Assembly: GCA_028287465.1 (NCBI GenBank)
Contig: JAQBPO010000033.1
Coordinates: 4,688 to 68,687, forward strand
Direction of reading: 5' to 3'
DNA: 64,000 nt
DNA from: Fibrobacterota bacterium
GTDB lineage: Bacteria; Fibrobacterota; Fibrobacteria; UBA11236
Shown here: one piece after another, positions 57,078 to 64,000 of the stretch
How positions within the stretch are numbered: position 1 is the first letter of the stretch
Layout: every line of letters starts with the position of its first letter
Notes under the pieces: generated by a model
Databases searched by the model: none
The model's input: only the letters and a program-made list of their open reading frames with translations
What the model was told of the DNA's origin: nothing
Translations under genes and position numbers: made by a program

Positions 57078-58568
57078 CTAGCGAGGTTCGGAGACGGGAA
57101 CGGGAAAGGCGAAGTTGACGCCCCGTTTCGAAAGGAAGGCGTTTCCCGCCGCCAGCTCCTCCCCGTTGAAGAACCGGCAGAAGTAAAGCAGTACGGGATA
57201 GAGCGCCACGATGAAGGATTTGCAAACCAGGGAGAGGATGACCGATTGCCCGGGTACGAAAAGCGAACCCGCGTAAAGCCCTCCCGCCAGGAGGAAAAGG
57301 ATCCCCACCCTCCGCAACTCGAACTGGATGGGATGCAACCTCTGGGCCATGACATAGGTGGCGACCGTGATGTACAGGTAGGACAGGGTCGTCGCCAGGG
57401 CAGCTCCCATCCCGTGCATCCTCGGGATCAGGAGGAAATTGAGACCGAGGTTCACGGCCGCCGCGGAAGCCATGATCACGGCGATGACCTTGGTTTTTTT
57501 CTGGAGGAGGATCCCGTAGTTGAAGTGGTAATAGAAACCGTTGAGCACGTAGCCCAGCACCACCAAGGGGACGAAGGTGGCCGCCACCCTGAACGCCGGG
57601 GTCGCCACTATGGCCAGGATATCGGTGATGAAGGCGCACAGGATCAGGGCGCCGAAGAACAGGACGATGCAGAAGTAGGTGAATACCCGGGAGCAGGTCC
57701 GGTCCGCGTCCGGATGGCTGGAAATCTCGAACCGCTTCGCGGACCAGGCCGTGAGGAAGGGGCTCGTGATCAATACGGCGACCAGCATGCTCATCTTGTA
57801 ACCCAGGGAATAATTCCCCACGTCTTCGAGGGTGGAATAGGCGTTCAGGAAGTATCGATCGGAAAAGGTGATGATGAAGGTGCTGAAGCCCGAGAAGATG
57901 AGGGGGAACCCGTAACCCAGGAGCTTCTTGAGCTTGGCCGGCGAGAAGGCGAGGCCGGTCATGGACAGGGTCTTGCTGAAGATGAATATCCCCGTCGCCG
58001 CGGCCGTCAGCACGCCGCTGTACAAGATCCCGGCGACCCCCATCCGGAGCACCACCACGAAGAGGATATTGAGGGAAAGGCCCATCAACAGCCTCGCCGT
58101 GGAAATCCCGACGTACCACAACGCCTTCTGCCGCACCTGGAAGAAGACGAGGCAGTCCTCGATGAGGAGTTGGAAGAAGATGCTCCCGAACACCACCATG
58201 AGGAACTTCCCGTTGTTCGGGTGCTTGAAAAGCAATTCCGAGATCCGCGTGGAGAAGGGCAGGAGGCAGGCGACCGCGATGAAGGAGGTCGCGCCCACGA
58301 AGAGCAGGGCCGTGGAAACCAGTTCATGGCGCTCTTCCACGTTCTCGTAGTCGTAATAGAAACGGATTATCGCGCTGCTGACGCTGAAGCCGACCCACAT
58401 GGTGATCACGTAGGCGGTGAGGTCGAGCATCTCCATGGTCCCGTAATCGCCCGGGGTGAGATAGCGGGTGTAGATGGGGATCATCAGGAAGCCGATGAAC
58501 CGGCTCAGGATGTTCGAGAAGCCGTAGATGGACGAGTTTTTGACCACCTGGCCGAAGACGTTGCTCAT
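57078..58568 (-). CDS. Oligosaccharide flippase (Wzx family)
   Basis: KNSSIYG, IPIYTRYLTPGDYG, YGFPL, SDRYFL, VGNYSLGYK, LNFLLIP. Confidence 0.9.
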   Translation of the reverse strand: MSNVFGQVVKNSSIYGFSNILSRFIGFLMIPIYTRYLTPGDYGTMEMLDLTAYVITMWVGFSVSSAIIRFYYDYENVEERHELVSTALLFVGATSFIAVACLLPFSTRISELLFKHPNNGKFLMVVFGSIFFQLLIEDCLVFFQVRQKALWYVGISTARLLMGLSLNILFVVVLRMGVAGILYSGVLTAAATGIFIFSKTLSMTGLAFSPAKLKKLLGYGFPLIFSGFSTFIITFSDRYFLNAYSTLEDVGNYSLGYKMSMLVAVLITSPFLTAWSAKRFEISSHPDADRTCSRVFTYFCIVLFFGALILCAFITDILAIVATPAFRVAATFVPLVVLGYVLNGFYYHFNYGILLQKKTKVIAVIMASAAAVNLGLNFLLIPRMHGMGAALATTLSYLYITVATYVMAQRLHPIQFELRRVGILFLLAGGLYAGSLFVPGQSVILSLVCKSFIVALYPVLLYFCRFFNGEELAAGNAFLSKRGVNFAFPVPVSEPR

Positions 58569-58739
58569 CGCAATGCCGCCGGCGGAAGGCGCTCGGGGAA
58601 GGATCGAGAGTGGAGAAGATCCGGGATGCCCATCAGACATGCTAAGATAAACATTATGCCTTGCGGCATCCGGGCCTGAAGCTTCCCGGGATGCCCTGTA
58701 CGGAACGGAGGGATTGGTAATTTTATTAATTTACTGGGC

Positions 58740-59867
58740 ATGCGTCATCCACATGTCACCCATCTCGTCCTGGGCCTGCCGCTCGGGGGCACGGAAAGGC
58801 TCGTGGAGCGGATGCTGCGGACGCCGCCCCCGTCCTTCCGGGCCTCCTGCGTCTGCCTGGACCTGATAGGCCGCCTGGGCGATTCCTTGCAGGCCGACGG
58901 CGTTTCGGTGACCCTGATCGATCGGAAACCTGGCTTCGATTGGTCGCTTCCCTTCCGTATCGCGAGGTATGCCTCAAAAAACGGTGTGGATATCCTCCAT
59001 TGCCACCAGTATACCCCCTGGTTCTACGGCGCGCTCGCGCGCCTGTTCCGCCCTTCCCTGCGGATCCTTTTCACCGAGCACGGACGCTTCTATCCGGATA
59101 TCCCCTCCCGGAAGCGCAGGTTCGTCAACCGTATCCTGGTCCGCCTCACCGACCGCGTCAGCGCCGTCTCCCCTTCCGTCAAGGATGCCCTGGTCGAGGT
59201 GGAGGCCTTCCCCCCCGGGAAAATCCAGGTCGTTTTCAACGGCATCGAACCGCCCGCGGCCGGAAACGCCGATCGGGGGAGCCTGCGCGCCCGGTTCTCC
59301 CTGAAGGCCGATTGGACCTATTTCATCCTTTGCGCCCGGTTCGATCCCATCAAATGGATCCCCGGGCTCCTCGAAGCCTTGCGGATCGTGGTCGACGCCA
59401 GCCCGGCCAGCGGGCTGATCCTGGTCGGCGAGGGGCCGGAGGCCGAAGCCATCCGCGAAAAGATCCGGGGGTTGGGCCTTGCGGATCATGTGGTCCTGCC
59501 CGGGTTCCAGGAGAACGTCGTCGAGTGGCTCCGGGCCGCCGATGTGTTCGTCCTGAGCAGCCTGAGCGAGGGAACCAGCGTCAGCCTGCTGGAATCCATG
59601 GCGGTCGGCATGCCTTCGGTGGCCACGAGGGTCGGAGGCAATCCGGCGGTGATCGAAGACGGCCGCACCGGTCTGCTCGTACCTACCCGGGATGCCGTCG
59701 CGCTCGGGGCCGCCATGCTGCGCCTGGCGAGGGATCCCGGAGCCCGCGACGCCCTGGGACGCGAAGCCGCGGTGCGATTCAATGGGATGTTCAGGTTTTC
59801 CAGGATGATGGAAACCTATAATGCGATATACATGGAATTGAAGGACGGAAAGGCGACCGCGCGATGA
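58740..59867 (+). CDS. Glycosyltransferase family 4
   Basis: GGTERLV, HCHQYTP, FTEHGRFYPD, RFDPIK, LSSLSEGTSVSLLESM. Confidence 0.92.
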   Translation: MRHPHVTHLVLGLPLGGTERLVERMLRTPPPSFRASCVCLDLIGRLGDSLQADGVSVTLIDRKPGFDWSLPFRIARYASKNGVDILHCHQYTPWFYGALARLFRPSLRILFTEHGRFYPDIPSRKRRFVNRILVRLTDRVSAVSPSVKDALVEVEAFPPGKIQVVFNGIEPPAAGNADRGSLRARFSLKADWTYFILCARFDPIKWIPGLLEALRIVVDASPASGLILVGEGPEAEAIREKIRGLGLADHVVLPGFQENVVEWLRAADVFVLSSLSEGTSVSLLESMAVGMPSVATRVGGNPAVIEDGRTGLLVPTRDAVALGAAMLRLARDPGARDALGREAAVRFNGMFRFSRMMETYNAIYMELKDGKATAR

Positions 59868-60487
59868 GGGCCATGGCCAAGGCCATTGCCCGGGGATGTT
59901 CCCGCGTTGCGGTTTTCCCCATCTGGCTATGCTACCTTCTCCAGGGTCTCCTGGGCGGGAAGGTCACGGCCTTCTACGGATACTCCCAATTGATGAGCCT
60001 GTTCCCGGGAACTTCCGGCGATTATCTCCGTTACGCTTTCTACGGTTTGACCCTTCCCAGGTTGGGCACGGATGCCTGCATCTGCTTCGGGGCCACCCTG
60101 TCCCATCCGGGTATCGAGATCGGCGAGAAGGCCTATATCGGTCCCTTCTGCAATCTCGGTTTGTGCTCCCTGGGCGATCATGTCCTGCTGGGGACGGGCG
60201 TCCATGTGATGAGCGGTTTCGCCCAGCATGGGATCGCCGATCTGGAGATCCCCATACGCGAGCAACCCGGGACCATGGTGCGCGTTTCGATCGGCGAGGA
60301 TTGCTGGATAGGCAACAAGGCCGTCATCGGGGCCGATGTCGGGCGGAAGTGCGTGGTGGGCGCCGCTTCCCTGGTCAACAGGGAATTGCCGGAATATTCC
60401 GTCGCCGTCGGGAATCCGGCGCGCGTATTGCGATCGAGGAAGGAAGACGGGACGGATCCGCTGCGCGACGTCCCGCTCCATGCCTGA
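59864..60487 (+). CDS. Hexapeptide-repeat (left-handed beta-helix) acyltransferase
   Basis: IEIGEKAYIG, LGDHVLLG, VSIGEDCWIG, VGAASLV, VGNPARVLR. Confidence 0.9.
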   Translation: MRAMAKAIARGCSRVAVFPIWLCYLLQGLLGGKVTAFYGYSQLMSLFPGTSGDYLRYAFYGLTLPRLGTDACICFGATLSHPGIEIGEKAYIGPFCNLGLCSLGDHVLLGTGVHVMSGFAQHGIADLEIPIREQPGTMVRVSIGEDCWIGNKAVIGADVGRKCVVGAASLVNRELPEYSVAVGNPARVLRSRKEDGTDPLRDVPLHA

Positions 60488-63095
60488 AGCCATCCGCATC
60501 CCCATCCGCCTGACCGCCGACCCGTCCGCATCGGGTCCCAGGCCCGTCCGGATCGGGATCCCCCTGCCCCGCGCGGCCCTCGCCGATATCGGCCGCCTCG
60601 CGCTGCGCGACCCTTCCGGTCTGGAGGTCCCCTGCGATGCGCAATCCCTTTCCCGATGGCCCGACGGCAGCCTGAAATGGATCCTGCTGCGATTCCTCGC
60701 GACCGGGGATTCCAACGGGACCGGATACGCGCTTTCCCTTGACGGGCCCGTGGGCCCGGCCGATCCGACGACCGGTCCGCTCCGCTGGTCGGATGCGGGC
60801 GCGGCTTTCCATATCGAAACGGGAGCGGCCCGCTTCACCGTTCCGAAAGACGGCCTCCACCCTTGGGGACAAGTCGAGATCGGGTCCGAAGCCTTGCTGG
60901 AAGCGCCTGCCGCGGCGGCGCCTTCGCCACTCAGGGGAATGCGGGATGAACCCCTCCGCTTCAAGCACCTCCGCGGCCGGGTCGAATTCTCCGGCAAGGT
61001 GGCGCTCGACCTCGCCATCGAAGGAACGATCGTGGACGCGGCCGGCAAGGAGTTCTGCCGCGCCGCCAGCCGGATCACCTTCTATGCGGGCACCGCCCTT
61101 TCCCTGGCGCGCATCACCTTGTGGAACCCGCGGGCGGCGCGACACGCAGGCGGCCTTTGGGATCTGGGGGATCCCGGATCCGTCCTCTTCAAATCCCTTT
61201 CCCTGCCCATCCGCTTCGCGCCCACGCCGGGCATGGCGGGCGGCCTTTCGCTCGATCCCGATTCCGACGGGGTGATCGCATGCGATGGGACGGCCGATCT
61301 TTTCCAGGGATCGTCCGGCGGAGCGAATTGGCGCAGCCGGAACCATGTGGATTCCCGCAACGAGGTGCCCCTCGATTTGGCCGGCTATCGGCTTACCAAC
61401 GGCGCATCCGCGGAAACGGGCGCCCGGGCCAACCCGGCCGCGCTCATCAGGCATCGGGCCGGGACCGCCGCGTTTTCGCGGGAGCATTTCTGGCAGGCCT
61501 TTCCCAGCCGGATCGCCGTCACCGACGCATCCGTGACCCTGGAGCCCTTTCCGGATCTGGGCGGAAAGCCCCATGAACTCCAAGGCGGGGAGAAGGCCGT
61601 CTTCTCCCTATGGGCGGACTTCCTCACCGACCCCGAACGTCCCCGGGCCGCGCTCTCCGCCGCCAGGCGGCCCGTTGCGGCGATCCCCGACCCGGAATGG
61701 ATCGCCGCCTCCGGCTGCGTCGGGGGCGTTACGACTCCATCGGCGGAGGAGGATCCCTTTTTCGCCGGGCTGGAATCGGGTTGGATCTCCGGTCCCCATT
61801 CGGTATTCGCGCTCCGCGAGGAATACGATGAATACGGATGGCGCAACTTCGGGGAAGTGCCGGCCGATCACGAGAAGCAGCATTACAAGGGACGATGGGA
61901 GTTCGTCTCCCATTACAACAACCAGTACGATCTGGTGCTGTCCTTCCTGCGCGAGTCCCTGCGGACCGGCGACCCGCGCTGGCGCGCCCTGGGCGACGAT
62001 CTGGCCCGGCACGTGGTGGACCACGACCTGTACCATACCCAAGCGGACAAGCCGGCCTACAACGGCGGGTATTTCTGGCATACCGCGCATTACGCCCATG
62101 CCGGAACGGCCACGCACCGGACCTTCTCCCGTCATTGCATGGAAGGCGGCCCATTGCCCGCCGGGTTCGGCGGCGGCCCTTCCAACGAACACAATTACAC
62201 CTCCGGGCTCCTGCTCCATCACTGGCTCACCGGGGATCCGGATTCCCGCGAAGCCGTCCTGATGCTGGCGCGCTGGGTCCGGGACATGCAGGACGGTTCG
62301 CGCACGCCCTTGCGTTTCCTTAGCCGCAATCCCACCGGCCTGTCCACCTGCACCCGTCATCTGGATTTCCAGGGACCGGGACGGGGAGCCGGGTATTCGG
62401 TGAATGCGTGCCTGGACGCATACGCATTGACCTCGGATCCGGATTGGATGCGCCTCGCCGAGGACTTCATCCGCACCTGCATCCATCCCGGGGACGATTG
62501 CTCGGCCATGGGCCTGCTGGATCGCGAGAACCGGTGGTCCTACGTCATCTTCCTCCAGATCCTGGCGAAATACCTGGACGTCAAGCTGGGCCTCGGCCAG
62601 ATGGACGCGGCCTTCCGTTACGCTCGCGCCTCGCTTCTGCATTACGCGGATTGGATGGCGGAAAAGGAAAGCCCGAACCTTTCCGATCCCTCCCAATTGG
62701 AATACCCAACTTCTACCTGGGCCGCCCAGGACCTGCGGAAATCGGACGCGCTCTTTTCCGCCGGACGTTTCGCCGAACCCGGAAAGGACCGGCGGTATTT
62801 CGAAAAGGCGGATTTTTTCCGGGCGCAGGCGAAGCGATACCTGGAAGGGTTCGAGGACCGGGGCTCGGTGCGCAACATGGCCATACTGCTCTACTCCCTG
62901 CCCGCCTGCAGGGAACGGGAAGCCGGAGGCCTGCGGTCCCTGGATCTGGGGCCCGTGGCCGGACCCTTCCCGGCGCGCGTCTCCCTGGTGCCCCAGAAAA
63001 TCCAGTTCCTGCGCAACGCCAAGGCGATCGCGAAAACCGGAGGCCTGGCGGCGGCCTTCCTGTTTTTCCGTCATATCCGTAACCGCTGCCGCTGA
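60480..63095 (+). CDS. Large hypothetical protein resembling exo-rhamnogalacturonan lyase/YetA-like proteins
   Basis: N-terminal GIPLPRA...WPDGSLKW, HFWQAFP, YGWRNFGE, HYNNQYD, ARHVVDHD; ATG 60480 overlaps the acyltransferase end; no signal peptide. Confidence 0.6.
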   Translation: MPEAIRIPIRLTADPSASGPRPVRIGIPLPRAALADIGRLALRDPSGLEVPCDAQSLSRWPDGSLKWILLRFLATGDSNGTGYALSLDGPVGPADPTTGPLRWSDAGAAFHIETGAARFTVPKDGLHPWGQVEIGSEALLEAPAAAAPSPLRGMRDEPLRFKHLRGRVEFSGKVALDLAIEGTIVDAAGKEFCRAASRITFYAGTALSLARITLWNPRAARHAGGLWDLGDPGSVLFKSLSLPIRFAPTPGMAGGLSLDPDSDGVIACDGTADLFQGSSGGANWRSRNHVDSRNEVPLDLAGYRLTNGASAETGARANPAALIRHRAGTAAFSREHFWQAFPSRIAVTDASVTLEPFPDLGGKPHELQGGEKAVFSLWADFLTDPERPRAALSAARRPVAAIPDPEWIAASGCVGGVTTPSAEEDPFFAGLESGWISGPHSVFALREEYDEYGWRNFGEVPADHEKQHYKGRWEFVSHYNNQYDLVLSFLRESLRTGDPRWRALGDDLARHVVDHDLYHTQADKPAYNGGYFWHTAHYAHAGTATHRTFSRHCMEGGPLPAGFGGGPSNEHNYTSGLLLHHWLTGDPDSREAVLMLARWVRDMQDGSRTPLRFLSRNPTGLSTCTRHLDFQGPGRGAGYSVNACLDAYALTSDPDWMRLAEDFIRTCIHPGDDCSAMGLLDRENRWSYVIFLQILAKYLDVKLGLGQMDAAFRYARASLLHYADWMAEKESPNLSDPSQLEYPTSTWAAQDLRKSDALFSAGRFAEPGKDRRYFEKADFFRAQAKRYLEGFEDRGSVRNMAILLYSLPACREREAGGLRSLDLGPVAGPFPARVSLVPQKIQFLRNAKAIAKTGGLAAAFLFFRHIRNRCR

Positions 63096-63141
63096 ATCCC
63101 GGCCATTCCGGCGGCCACCCGCTTTTTTTACCATTTGCGGA

Positions 63142-63169
63142 TTGTAACCGCCTCCATTTGGCCTATAAT
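63142..63169 (+). promoter_or_regulatory. Sigma-70-like promoter TTGTAA-N16-TATAAT
   Basis: Perfect -10 and 4/6 -35 element just upstream of SD GGAGGT and ATG 63188. Confidence 0.55.
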
Positions 63170-63187
63170 GGTGGTTGGAGGTATTTC

Positions 63188-64000
63188 ATGCGATTCCAAA
63201 AATCACTCTTCCTGACCGCAGTCCTGACCATGGCCGGAGCCCTGAATCCCGTCCGCGGCCAGACCTGCGTCGTCTGGACCGACACCCACACCAAAACCGT
63301 GGAAGCCAAGCCCGGCGACAACCTGGGTTCGATCGTGCAGCAAGCCGCATCCGGGACCACCATCCTGCTCGCGCCGGGCACCTACAAGGTGGCGGCGACC
63401 CTGCAATTCACCAAGGACGACGTGACGATGCGGTCCAAATCCGGAAACCGGGGGGACGTGATCCTGGACGGTAACGGCGGTGGTACCCCGCTCCAGGCTT
63501 CGAACTTCATCGGCGAGATCGTGGCCGTATCGGCCAACAACGTCACCCTCGCCGATTTCACCATCCGCTACGCCAAATACCACGGCGTCCACGCCTACCC
63601 GCCCGGCGCGAAGAACATCACCGGGGTCAGGATGCGCAACCTGCGCATCTACGATTGCGCCGAACAGCAGATCAAGATCAACTCGAACGGGAGCACCCCC
63701 AGCTATTGGGTGGACCTGGGGATCCTGGAATGCTCGCTCATCGAGTTCGTCGACAATTCCGTGATGGAGCCTCTGGGGGACGGATTCTACACGGGAGGGA
63801 TGGACGTGCATGGGGGGCAGGATTGGATCGTGCGGGGAAACACCTTCCGCAACATCCAGCGCAACGGCGCCCTGATGGAGCATGCCGTCCACTTCTGGAG
63901 CAAGTCCCGCGGCACCCTGATCGAGGGCAACCGGTTCGAGAACAACTTCCGGGCGATCGGCCTGGGGATGAAGACGGAACCGACGGCCGTCGACAGGAAA
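63188..64000 (+). CDS. Secreted right-handed parallel beta-helix (pectin lyase fold) protein, runs off window end
   Basis: Not in the ORF track. Manual translation: MRFQKSLFLTAVLTMAGALNPVRG/QTCVVW...ASGTTILLAPGTY...VILDG...NNVTLADFTI...WIVRGNTFRNI...LIEGNRFENN. Confidence 0.85.
   Translation, partial: MRFQKSLFLTAVLTMAGALNPVRGQTCVVWTDTHTKTVEAKPGDNLGSIVQQAASGTTILLAPGTYKVAATLQFTKDDVTMRSKSGNRGDVILDGNGGGTPLQASNFIGEIVAVSANNVTLADFTIRYAKYHGVHAYPPGAKNITGVRMRNLRIYDCAEQQIKINSNGSTPSYWVDLGILECSLIEFVDNSVMEPLGDGFYTGGMDVHGGQDWIVRGNTFRNIQRNGALMEHAVHFWSKSRGTLIEGNRFENNFRAIGLGMKTEPTAVDRK

Noticed and set aside
54355..58119. 1254-aa ORF as one giant fusion protein
   Set aside because: Only the last 416 aa (from 55605, with its own SD) are a C-methyltransferase; the rest is an off-frame read through the flippase and pyruvyl-transferase-family genes.
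63020..63095. Hydrophobic-plus-basic tail of the 871-aa protein as a sorting signal
   Set aside because: The hydrophobic stretch is too short, and there is no PEP motif or N-terminal signal peptide.
1..64000. CRISPR arrays, rRNA, transposases, integrases, prophage genes
   Set aside because: No regularly spaced repeats or relevant protein motifs seen; almost all of the window is explained by the listed CDSs.

Overview
GC-rich Gram-negative bacterial DNA; the taxon cannot be fixed from this window. (1) 1-4718: TetR-regulated RND efflux operon (TetR, TolC-family, adaptor, AcrB-family pump cut by the window edge). (2) 5064-8370: a divergent, tightly packed four-gene operon (AhpD/CMD-like protein, FAD oxidoreductase, radical SAM enzyme, metallophosphoesterase-fold protein with altered motifs). 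Its members resemble families linked to arsenic/organoarsenical metabolism, and it is the best candidate for an undescribed system. It is followed by an OsmC-family gene and a hairpin-dense intergenic element. (3) 9175-64000: a ~55 kb surface-polysaccharide/PEP-CTERM locus. It holds two fused Wzc-type co-polymerase/tyrosine kinases, a short Wza-like protein, one Wzy/O-antigen-ligase-like protein, three flippases, nine GT2/GT4 glycosyltransferases, PrsK-PrsR, a TPR protein, exosortase, EpsI, a PEP-CTERM protein behind a sigma-54 promoter and enhancer-like repeat, an OafA-type acyltransferase, two pyruvyl-transferase-family genes, an unusual nucleotide-sugar block and three lyase-fold proteins. 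I saw no rRNA, tRNA, CRISPR array or transposase. All family calls come from motif recognition, not database searches.
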